The notes beneath the pieces were generated by a model. It was not told the origin of the DNA. It did not search any database and was given only the letters and a program-made list of their open reading frames with translations. A stretch of 64,000 nt of DNA, taken from positions 11,904,001 through 11,968,000 of the forward strand of contig NC_135262.1 in the NCBI RefSeq assembly GCF_964204865.1. The letters are read 5' to 3'. Both the position numbers and the translations under genes were made by a program. The DNA is from Styela clava (taxonomy: Eukaryota). Positions 1 through 12,800 of this stretch are shown one piece after another; position 1 is the first letter of the stretch, and every line of letters begins with the position of its first letter.

Positions 1-3000
1 ATGTCATTTGCTTACTTTTAACTAAATGACAAATATAATTGAAAAATATAAAAATAAACCGACTGTCTTGAAAATTTACTTCAAAGCCAAAACTATTACT
101 ATGTTTTTGAAGTTGAGGATACGAAAGTGATTATTTGCAAATATCTTATAACAGCAAATGTACAATAGTCGAACTAAACATTTTTTTCTCAGATGTTTGG
201 CGGTGATTACAAGAATAAATGGAATTGCGTGTATTGTAATATTGCATTGACTTCAACGTAGAGAACGATGCCGGAACTGTCAGCTGCTAATACACTCAAT
301 ATTGGAAATGATCGCGTCACCTCGGATTTGTGTTCAAAGCAAATCGTTTAACTTTGCCAGAGATTCAATAAAAAATTCGTTTTATTACACAAAAAATTAG
401 CTATAGGTCGAGACTTGTTTTATCTACCGGCACATGAATTGAATTATTAGTTTCATCATAGGTTGAAAATAATTCAGAAATGGTATTTTGCTTGACTACT
501 ATTATGAAGTGACGTACCTTTTTCCAAATTTTCGGCAACTTCAAATATTGTTTAACGTTTTAAAGCATAATATATCCCATTGCATGGATAGCCCATTGTT
601 TTGAATTTATCAACCGTATCCTTTTAAAAATGTACTTTACTCTAAAATACCAATCCAAACGTAGGAATGTAGGCCTACCTATGTCAAAGTGGTAGATCAG
701 AATATATGCAACGTTTCTGAACGGTAGAAAAAATTGGATTAGTGTGAGCGGATTATGGTCCAACGGCAGACAAAATAACTATCAAAACCGACACACAGGT
801 GCCGATGGTAATTTTCGAAACCGTATTTTGTCGTAGGATGAAATCCCGAAGTATGCATCGATTGGTAGTTACATTCTAAAATGTTACTAGATTGCTGCAA
901 TGTTGAATTAAACAAAATGAGCCAATTTCGTTGAATACAATTTTGACGTTGCCAAAAAAAAAAACGTTTTGAACTACTTTTTCTGAAATAAGACTTTTTG
1001 CTGATTGAAAAGATCACGTTTCAAACGGACCTAAAATAGTTGAGTTTGACCTACGTGTCAACCTGACATGGGTGTAAGTTAATAGCTGTCAATTTAAAAA
1101 GAGATGAAAAGAAAAAAAAACTAGTGGTAAATGTGTTTTATTCGCATCAGGCGGAGTATAACGTCTAAGCTAGGTATAACTCAAATTCAGTTAAATTAAC
1201 ATAAAATCCTTAAGTAAATTCTTTCCTTATTTGGTACTGAAACATGCCTGACAAAAACGCAAGATATTTTCTAAAGTGCTTTCGAAAATATTCCTGATGA
1301 AAATAACATGGCGCAAACAAATTTTCTTACATTAGTCAACGAACGAATTAGAGAAACTATTTACCGAAAAGTAGCCAAAAAATTCGTGCAATTTAATTGC
1401 CGGTAGCGGCTTCAATTCATATTCACCTGTCCAAATTTTTTGTGTAAATTAAAACAGTATGAAGCCAGATGCGCCGTCATCAATAGCGCATTATATACAG
1501 TGCAACTTGCGAAACTGTGAAGACTAAAATCACTACAGAGTCGTAATCACACCGGTATGGCTCACTTTCAAATCATTCAAAATCAGTCTATAAAAATTTA
1601 CGAATATCTACATTCATAAGTTTATTGTAAGATCGTCAGGACACTATGCATTAGTGAACGTAACACCATCGGTTATAGTTACGTATTAATCTTACTTCAA
1701 CTTCATTTCTAAATGCAAAGAAAAATCAAAAACGGCGGTACGTGATCAAAGTCAAGTCTAGAAAGATTTGATCTTGCCAATTACAACATGACGTCACATT
1801 TATTACTGCGTCGTAAAATCTCCAAAATCAACAAATTATCCGTGTGAACAAAATTTTACATAAGTTGGAATAAAATAATATATAGATAGGTGATCAATAA
1901 GGCGTTCAAAATGACGGATTGGACCCTCACGAATTTATACGATACTATAATTTTGGTCACTGAGTCTCCATTTATTAGAATCTAATATTTTCTTTCCTTT
2001 AATTAACAACCTTCCCATCGAAATTCTGTTCAAAAATTTGTAACAAATTCAACCCCACGGACCGATTCACGACAGAAATGCAATAAATTGTATTCAAAAT
2101 CTTAGGCGATGATGGAACAAAACTTCCTCCTTTATTTTCAACACTTGAAACTCGTTAAAGATGGCACATGGATAATAAAATACTTACGGAAAAAATTATC
2201 TGTGGCCCATCTGTAAGACTATGCAAGTACTCAGGACGTTATTTTTGGAGTCACGTCATTTCTCATTTATATTCACGAAAACACAACGGATGAGGTGACG
2301 TAATGCAACATTCATTTATACAGTGATAAACGTAAGATATAAAATTACTTCAGTATTTACAGTTTATTTCAAATATTAACTCAACTATTCTTGTTAATTT
2401 TTAAAATCTAATTCTCTCTCTTAATCGGATTTCTTGTCACCTGGGCAATCGTTTCTGCACCAAATAAACTGGATTACCTATTATTATTCATTTCATTCAA
2501 GTAACGTTTCCCATGACCCTCACAAAACAGATTGGCAAGTAGCCTTTACGATCAAGCGATTTTTTTCTAATCCAACACCTGTCCCATAAATAGATTTCAT
2601 ATCAATTGACCAAGATCATATATATATACAAATTACTTTTACCTAATTCATTGAAAATTGTCTTGCTCTCCCAAAAACAAAAATATTATTTAGCTTAATC
2701 TCACAACCTGAACCACCTACGGTTTTGGGGGACTGGGCGTGCTATACCATACCATTAGATTTCTCGACTCCTTCAATAAAGAAAATTGCTCAAAACCTCT
2801 GATTCAACGCGATGAAGTATATATAATGCTAGAAGATGTTAAAATTAATATAAAATTGGAACGCTTTGAATTATAATATTACCTCAAACTAAAAATTCGT
2901 TTCTTGCAATTATTTTTCGAGTTGATACATAAAATGTTGGATGAATATCACTCGTATATATATGTTAGCAATTGATTTTGTTTAACCAATCTGCCTAGCT

Positions 3001-6000
3001 TTTTCTTTTCAACCGAAAGCACCATTATACGACACAATACAATACTGAAAAATGCAAATGGGTAACTATCTTTTGCTATTAAGTTAAAGTGAAGTATTGG
3101 GATTCACTGCCTGAGATTTAGCCGTAAAATTATCCAAGAAAGAATTTTTCAGTTTTCAATGTTGCATGTGCTTTTGGTCAAATAATAGTGAACGTCAAAC
3201 CGTAAGATTATCTTCATTTTTTGCACTTTTATCACAGATTTCAGTTACAAAACGTCTCCAAATTACGTTTTTGTAATGTCTATCTTTAAACTCTGACAAT
3301 CAACACCAAAACCGCCAAGAATTTACTTTTATTGCTCCAAACCACATCACGTAACCAATTTTTGCAACAATAGCAATTTGTCATAAGCCCCATTGAAACT
3401 GTGTTACCTCAGATGACGACAAAATATGTCACCCATGCGATTATGAGGGTGCAATATTCCAGGCCCCCCAACAGAGGGTCTATTGTTTAGAAACTTTAGA
3501 CCCATCTGACATTTTTTCCATTTATTTTGTGATGCAAGACATGGACCGTAGGTAATGATCAAAACAAAATGTCTAGATTTCATTGAACGAGATATGTACC
3601 AAGTGTGAAGACTACTTACTCTACTGACATACCATAGAGATAGAGACTTAGGATAATTTACACTTATACAGATGAGCTAACTAGTAATTGAGTTTAAGAA
3701 GCGCTTTTGAGGTGAGATGCCTGCTCTAAATATCAATGCATATTTGGAATAATGTAGAATCCTACACAAGAAATACTAAATTACGTAACGGCTAACGGGC
3801 ATATTAACACTTGAGGATTTTACCTTTACAGGTTATAAAATGAAAGGACTTATAAAACGTGTCTTATAACAAGCATCGGGCTTTAGATATTATGCTCGTT
3901 TCCGTACTTTTGTTCCAAATTAGCACTATTTCTATCTTTTTCGAGAAAACATTACAGGAATAGATTTTTGGCCTAGCAAGACCGCATACCACCACGATAA
4001 TGGGACGACTTGTTGAAAGCACGTACCACAATATGCAGTTCCAATCCTAAAAGCGATTCTGAGCGATGCATATTTGGCCAAACTTAAATACTACATAATG
4101 TACATATTGCAGTCGTCATGCCACCAATGCGACGTCCACTGGATTTAAAAAATGCTATCATGGTGCCGATGAATAGTCCGAAGTTGTATTATGTGACTAA
4201 TTCACCCATTAACAAAATATTAAAATGATGAAACCAAAATAAATGATAAAATTCTTGGTACTTCCATACACACAAATCGTTTAACATAATTAACCATAAC
4301 TGACACAGCACTCAGACATGGTAAGCTGTGGCATGAACCATGTCATGCGTTAAATGAAGACAAATTAAACGCTTGAAAAAGAAGACAAATGGCATCGCTT
4401 TCGAGTACAAAATATTGACTTTTAAGCTTAAGACTTTAAAAACAGCATTCAAACATGGTCAAAGATGTAAATCTAGTGAGAGTTTCACTTTGTATATTGC
4501 AAATGCTTGGCGCAAATAATCAGTGTTCGACCTGATAAGCTTATTACACTAATAATAAATCGCATTACAACCGCTTACAAGTTTAGGAAATTTGAGAAAT
4601 GGAAATTAGGGTTAACTAAATATGACCTCTGGGTAGCATGTAGGCGCCAGGCAGTCCTATTTCAACTAACCATATATATTTCACGCTGTTTATTTACAAG
4701 GATATCTTTACCAGCAAGCTCGAACAAAAAATAGAACAATTGTTTATTTCAACTGCAAATTCTGTTCTGATACTATCACCTCGTCCATTTTTTAATGTGT
4801 TTTCATAACTATATAATTCATAAAATGCTAGTTTACGGCCACTGAAATTTGAAAGCCAAAATGTGATATCAAATTGACAGTCTAGACATTATTTGATACA
4901 TTATCCTTTAACGACTTTTTGCTACTTTTTCCAATCTAAATAAATCGGTATCGCATTTTTCTTTTGAAGTTCTCGTAATCGAGTTAGAACCAAATTGTAG
5001 GTAATTTTCACGCTGGCTGTTTTCTACTTATTACGTACAGATGCTTTCTCGTTGGTAAAATTGGGTAAATTTGAAGAACGGTTAGATGATGAAGACGAAA
5101 CTATCCCGTTTTGTATAAGACACATACAACATAAGCAATTAACATATAATATACACCCTGATACTAATTTAAAATAGGTAATTTTTCTGAACGCGAAAAT
5201 GAAAGTGTTTCGAATAACATATTGAGACTAGTAAAATAGAAAAGATAAAACAACTGCCCATATTCTTCAACCTGACATGAAATAAAACGTAGTTCATTGG
5301 ATACCTCTCGCAATGACAGCCACCAATAAAAATATAGTTTGTCAACTAATTTTTCCCTTAATTAATACAATAGATCAATTTGCAATACGAAAAGCATTAT
5401 TCTGAACTGAATCTCCACAGAAGCTTTCCGCTACCAACAAGGTTTGCTTTTACATATATAAGCTCAATTTTGCGTAAGCTGCTAAACAAACTGTATAATG
5501 TATGTTCTCTTAGCTAGGCTTAACTGAGTCGATACAAAAGTGCAGTGAACCCGAACATATTATATTTTACGACCCTATTTGTGTCCCCTAAAGCGAGAAC
5601 TAATTGATTGAATTCATTTGTGAAATGAACGTCAAACGATGTCTCAGATGTACACAAATAGCTTATACTTTAAATATCCAATTGCGTGAAGCGCGCATTG
5701 ATACTGATTCCAATCGGACTATCTAGGAATATATTTGTTTCTGAGCAGCCAATCTGACCTCGCCTTAATTTCTGTTCTTCTGCATAAATTTGATTCTGGT
5801 AAATTATCAAATATTTTGTGACTAACTCATCTCCTTTGACCGATATAGTACTTGTACAAAACGAACAAGGTATAAAAACTGATATCTATTTATCCTCGAG
5901 GTCCAGACGACTATTTGAGCGCATACTGGGGTGTGCGACAGTAAACTGGTTTTGAATTCTAGAAAAAAAGATCGAGTCGCTTGGCGACGAAGCGAAAAGG

Positions 6001-9000
6001 CCGGAATGAGGAAATGACATTTTACGGTTATGAAAACGAATGACGAATTATCTCGTAGACTTGTTGGCTCTCTCAATACCATAAATAGACTATTTATTCA
6101 CGGACAGAACTGTTTTAAGTTTGATTGTCTCACAATTTTCTAATATCAATAGATCCACAATATTGAAGAACTTGGAAAAAACTAACATAAAATTTCATGT
6201 TTACATCCATTTTATGCACATCTAAAATGAAGGGAAAATGTAATAAAATATCGCCACCAGATAAAGAATGTCCGTGCTATTACTTTCTTGCAGTCCAAAA
6301 ATCCTATTTTTGCACATATTTTTAAAATATCCATGTAGGAAACATTAAGCTTTTGAAATTGAATTTTATTTCAAATCTTTGTCAAGTTAACCATCACATT
6401 TAGTTTTCATGGATGTTTTCATAAGAATCAATTACTTAAGATATGAAATCGAAATATATGCATATGATCGAAATAATCGAAACATATGCATATAATGGAC
6501 AGCTTTAGAAGGAAGTTCCACAGAATATGCTGACAGAGTATCAAAAATTATTTATAAAATGTTGCAAAATATCTGTTGACTCTTGAACAGTATATATATG
6601 ATAACAAAATTGGATTGTTCGTTTATTGAAGTAGAGATTGTTATTCAATTCAAATTATGCCTATTTTTCCATTCAAAAAGAATAGGAAAGCATTCAAAAT
6701 TTGGCAATCAAATTCTTCGTCAACCTCCTCGCCAATGAATACATGTCTCCTACCAATTCAAGCGGACAGCCATATACCATGACGCAATCACTTGAATTTT
6801 AGTCGAATAAACAGATTCGCGTGATGTTTATTTGTCGGACAACAAACGGCAAAATTAGCCCCAAATCACTTCAATCGCCTTCGTTGAATCGATGACACAT
6901 AATTGTTTTCTATACCACCACGAAGTAAGCACTAAAAACACATTTGTCAGAAATTGCGTTTGCAAATCATACAGTTATTTTGTTGTGAAAATATCATTCG
7001 TCATTTAGATTCTAGCCCACAGATTTCAACGATAATAAAAAAAAATGAAATATTCATTTCAACCCAAAATTTTATTGAAATATTTACCGACATCTGACTA
7101 GATATGAATACCTATTTTGTCATCCTGTCTGTAATGTACCTGCTCTTTTTGGCACTCCATGCTCGACAACAAAACAATGAACATAAATGACTTATAAAAG
7201 AAACGTGATCCTCTCTTACCAGCGACATGCACCAAAATGCTTTATAAAATATATATGTTATCTATGCCCATTCAAGCTCGACCTGAAAACTATTTGTACA
7301 CCCACATCAAAAGCATTTTTGTGGTCGCCACGTCTCAAGATGAACTGCGTCTTAGTTATGGGTAAAAAGAACTAAGCTGGATAGGCAATTTTCAACACAT
7401 TCGTAATGGTGTATTTACCCAAATAGCGCGTTTAAAACAGCTGTATTTACATCATTTCCATTTTCTACAAATAATATATAAAATTCTCTAAAAACTAATC
7501 ACGTTATCGTGATTTTTAATCCCAAATTCACACAACAAACCATTTTTTTTTCAAAATCAATCTTCCGCAATCGGACACTTTTGAGAGTCAAATGCTTCCA
7601 GCCTAGTTCAGTAAATAACTTTTGGATCATTCAAAATCCAGAAAAAAAGCCACAATTGTTTACAATTCTCAAAGCATATCTATCAGTATTGAAAAAACTG
7701 GAATGTAAACTTATCATCTAATCTCAGTCAAATTTTTAGCAACTTTAGCAATCATCGTTTAGTACATCCTATTACATGAAGAATGAAACAACTGTCCCCG
7801 AATTTCGTCTTTCTAAACTGAATGTAGCGAATCATAAACAAGCGGAAACGTGAAACGCATGCACCGGCGAATTTTCAGATCCAGTTACAGAAAGAATTTT
7901 TAATAATTGGTAATTAACTTTGGCCCTGCATTTATTCAAGATAGATGGAATTAGTTCGATACCATTTATCATCCTCGTATGCTTGGTTATGTCACAACGT
8001 CAAACATCCTGTTATAATTTCCTCGAAAAATTCTAAAAGCGGAAGAAAGTCATTGTTTACGCTTATCAAATATTTCAAAAGCATATTTCCGCGTGCGGTT
8101 TTCCACCTTCATAGTCAAAGTTAATACTTCTTATAAAGAAACTGTTAAAGAAAACTATAAATAAATGGCATCACACTGATAAATTCATTTTGTCATATTT
8201 AATTGTGGTCAAAGACGAATTTCTTCGAATACATTAAAATAGTCTCAAATATGAAGGAGTTATAGGTTAAAATCAAAGTCAAAATGCTGAAGGATAAAAA
8301 TGTAGGATTGAATGTATATCCATCAACAAGCATTTCTATTCGCAATGCTTTTTTTATTTTGACGTATGAACCCCAGGAATACTAATCACGAAAAAATTGC
8401 CGTCTTGCAAAGAATAAATAATGTACTGTTTCACTGGCATGAAAACACGATTCGCAATTTGATCAAGTAAAGTTTATCAAGAATTAAATGCACATTCAGC
8501 ATTGTTTAATTTTCGTTAAAACTTAAAATATAACCGATGTCAGTAATCGTATGTATTTATACGAATGAGTGTTTACTTATGAAGATCTATATCGCATATG
8601 TAAAGTGAAAACTATGACAACAGAATAGTCAAATATATGATAATGATTACGGATATTTATTTGACATGTTTTAGATTCAAAATCGATGAAGTTCTATTTT
8701 TATCTAAAATTTTTTTTAGACGTCTCTGTGCAAGTAAGAAGTTAAGAACAAACATCTGTGTGGTAATTGAGCATAACGATTCGTTTCCCGAGTTGAAGCC
8801 CATTCATCGATTCATTTGGTCAAGTATGATTCATTATTAACGCAACCATCGGAAGAAACTCATGGTTGAACCATTCTTAAATAACAGTACTTCTTTACCA
8901 AATTTTTTAAATAGCTTATTTTCATTTTAATGCATTGCTTGTTTTGCAGTCTTGCAGAAAGTTATTTTTAGCTTCCCCCATTTCTTGTTGGGATAATAAG

Positions 9001-9867
9001 GCGGGCCATTTCTTTTATCTTCGTCGAGAACAAAACGTTAAACGGGGTCATGATTATTAAATATCAGGATGATCATGAAATTCCATTCCAACCAAATTAA
9101 ATATTTATTGAATAAATATGAGTATAGTTCAATTCATTGTAAACATACACTCGAAATATTTAATTGTAGCAAAAAACTTTTAACTTCTGCAGGTCACTAA
9201 CTTAACTACGCGATCTGGTCTGACCTGCTGCAACCACACTACTTTACTAATGAAATAATAAGCTGAAATCATAAAACTGAAAATGGTAAATTCCAATTCT
9301 TCATACCCCATATAACTTAGCTTTTTATAAAATGGCTGCATGTCCTGACTCTCCTTCGGGAATGATCAAATAAACAATTAGTTTCTAGAGTTTGAATCAT
9401 ACTCATATCAGTCAGAATATTAAACAAAAATATTTGTTCGAATGATTTAAAAAAATTAATTGATATTCCTTACAAGATGAATGAAATTTATTGATAATAT
9501 ATGAATATTTTTCTAATTCTCCATTTGTTTGTTTTGAATCATGTTAAAAAACACGGCTTTTTAATCATTTTTTCATATCAATTACCAAGATTTCGGAACT
9601 ATTTGTATATGTAATATCATTTTTTTCGTTTTTATTTTTCACGAAATGTTTTCACGATTTCTCAATTGTAAATATGATCTCATTAACAACAATAACTTAC
9701 AACAACTCTAATAATTCTATAAATGCATATATATAAAAAAAAGTTATATTTGTCAAAAGACATCATTTTGTAGGAGACATGACTTGGATTCAATAGCATT
9801 TTCCAGGTTGAGGCGAGTCGTAACTAAATGCTTGAATTTGTTTTAACTAGAAAATTTCAAAATTCAC

Positions 9868-12800
9868 CTTTGTCAACATCTTGAACTTGCACCGGATTTT
9901 CTCCTCTCAAAGTTATTCCAAAACTCATGTGTCGACGAACAACTTGAACTTGTCTGCAAAAATAATATTTTTTTCAATAAAAAGTATTACATATTACTAC
10001 ATTCACTAGTCTTTTAAAATTATTCTCTATCGAGCAAATACATTTGATACGGGGGTCATCGTGTGACATATTCGAAAAATGATGTCATGTTTAAAAAGCG
10101 GGTTACTAGTATTTATTAGTATTTGGCACAGCATATTTGTTTTGTAATCACACAAAGGCTGTGTTGTCGATATTTTGAACGATTTTCCCGACCATGACTC
10201 CAGTGCCGTTATGGGCCACATGTGGAGATGTAAGAAGCATTCAGAAGAGAGAGTATAGGATGCGTGAACTTAAAACTGCATATACTGTTACAAAATATGA
10301 AGACTGGAAGGTACACGTACGAAAAATATCATAAATTCTCTTATTTCCAAGGCATAGGAAGTTATGAATACATTGTTTAATGATTAGTTGCTATTTAGCA
10401 TAGTTTTAGTTTCACTATATCTATAAAGCATTTCCGAAACTTATATTTCTAGTGTATGAGGCTGAAATCGAAACTTTTCTTTTATTTTCGATTGAAAAAG
10501 CAAGGTAGTCAAAGACGTATTCACACAATTTGCAGAGTTGATTTGGCACTGCTGCATATATATTGATTTTGATATTAAACATTATGCCACCTTTATCAAC
10601 ATTTTGATAAAATATACTTTTAATTAATAACGCAATAAATTGTCTCAAAAGTATTTCTATTTACGAAAATGAGCTTCATTTCCGCTTTTTCTGGGAGTAG
10701 TTCTGTGAATTATATTTGGGTTATTGTTGAGGCTAGTAACGAGAGAAAATAATTAGATATCGCAATGACAAAAAAATGACTTATAAATTGGATTGTATGC
10801 GGGCAGCAATATTTTTCATGATCGTCATGTATCGTAATTCAATGAAATCTTAAAACTGGGTGATAAAAGGTTTCTAACGTTTTGCGTTTTTCAGTATTAC
10901 GCAAGTGCCAGTTTGTACATAAATACTCAAAAGCCACTAAACTCTACTTTATTTACAAAATATTTAGCATTAAGTTTCAATCCGATACCAACAATTTACC
11001 TCACTGTTGCCACAAAATCATTTTGACCAGCATCGTGTTGAACAACTGCATGCCGTTTTCCGATAGGTGGCAGTGGAGAACTGCGACTGAAATTCTTTAA
11101 ACGGGACAGTTTGACCTATCACAGAAAAAAATCATTAAATTTCAGGCCATGATTTAAAACATATCTTCAGGCCAAATCATTGCCCTTACCTTAGAATTCT
11201 TCTGGTTTAAAGCTTTCTTCACTAATGTGTCATAGACGGACTTGTGTTGACGGGGTATGAAAATTCTAAAATAAATAAATAAGCATCCAACAATTTATTC
11301 TTAGATTATTTATTGATAATCGACCCTGTTGGATGTGAACAGATTGCAAAAAAACGTCCAATATTGTGGTCGTGATGGAATTGGACTGACCGACGGTCGA
11401 TTCAAGCTGGCTCATTTATAGACAACTGTTCATTCAGAAAAGACTCGCTTAAAGCGAATATGTGGAACATGAATACTTCTACAGTAAAGAACAGTAATTG
11501 AAACATGGAAAATTTTGCATCAATATGATATAGACACTTTTAGTCACATTCAGAGCATGTGGAGAAAAGGGAAACACAGTAGTGGTGACGTGACTGTGAT
11601 CGTTTCATGCCGAATAAATGGTGCTCCCGAAGTATGCGAACCAAGATGGCGGACATCGGAACGTAACATGGGTAACAGGTTAGGGTTAGGCGATAATTTT
11701 TTTCCAATTTTCCTTATTTTAGTCCTATTATCAGTTCGAAGACTAGCCAAGAGCCTCCCGTAGTATTTATACCTAAAATTATGGCCTAACCCTAACCTAG
11801 TACACATATTACATTCCGATGTCCGCCATCTTGGTTTGCATACTTCGAGAGCCCCGAATAAATACTATCTCGAAAAGAATCAGATATCTTTATATATATG
11901 GATTATTTTAGGCCAATTCATCTGTTACTTTGCTAGCATTGATTTTGTAGTAATTTTTTACCTCAGTTCCTCCAAAACCTTCTTTTCTTCGGGTGGATCC
12001 AAAATGGCTGTAAGTGTAAACACAAATGGTTCAAGATTCCGGTCTTCTGAATATTGCTTTATTGAGCGAACAATACCTCCAATCACAGCTGGACGTTCAT
12101 GAAAATATTTCTTGATCTGAAGGTTATTATGGAATTTGTTTTAAACAATATAACACAAGTAACATTTGATTTACTATCACGCAAGTGAATATTACACAAT
12201 ATCAATGCTTGAGAGCTAAGGGAAGTATCGAATAACAAGATTACCCTTGGATGAGACATAACCAAAAAATAATAATTGAAGTATGCAGACCTGCAAGACA
12301 ACCTCACGAAGAATTGTTTTAATTATTAGTAACACTGTAGAACAAAATGATTTTTTTATGAAAATCATGACTGTAAAACGCAAACAATGTTTTACATTTG
12401 TATTCACCTTTTCAATAAATGTTTGTGCCTTCACTTGTCCAGTACGAGGTGCTTCAAATCGTTTTACAAATTCCTTTACTCGATTAGTTGCAGGCATTTC
12501 AGTTTGAGAAATTGCACGTGACGGCGCAGCTGAAGGAGCGGGAATGATGCTGAGCTTTATTCCGCCATTCCGAACAGCATTGTCCGCCAGACGACGCGCT
12601 TGAAACAGAGAAGTAATGAGATATCCATCGATCTAGAAAATGTCAATGTAAGCAAAGAAAACATTGACGATATATATTTACTGAAATGATGATGTAAAAG
12701 AGGTTAAGGAAACAAATGTAATCGCTTGCAATTGCTGAGGAAACAGCTAGCAAGAATTCTGCTAGGTGATTTGAGTGACATTTCAGCAACAACGCGTAGT

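Noticed and set aside
11515-11807. Overlapping ORFs on both strands (82 and 85 aa)
   Set aside because: They fall within the palindromic MITE; artefacts of the inverted repeat.
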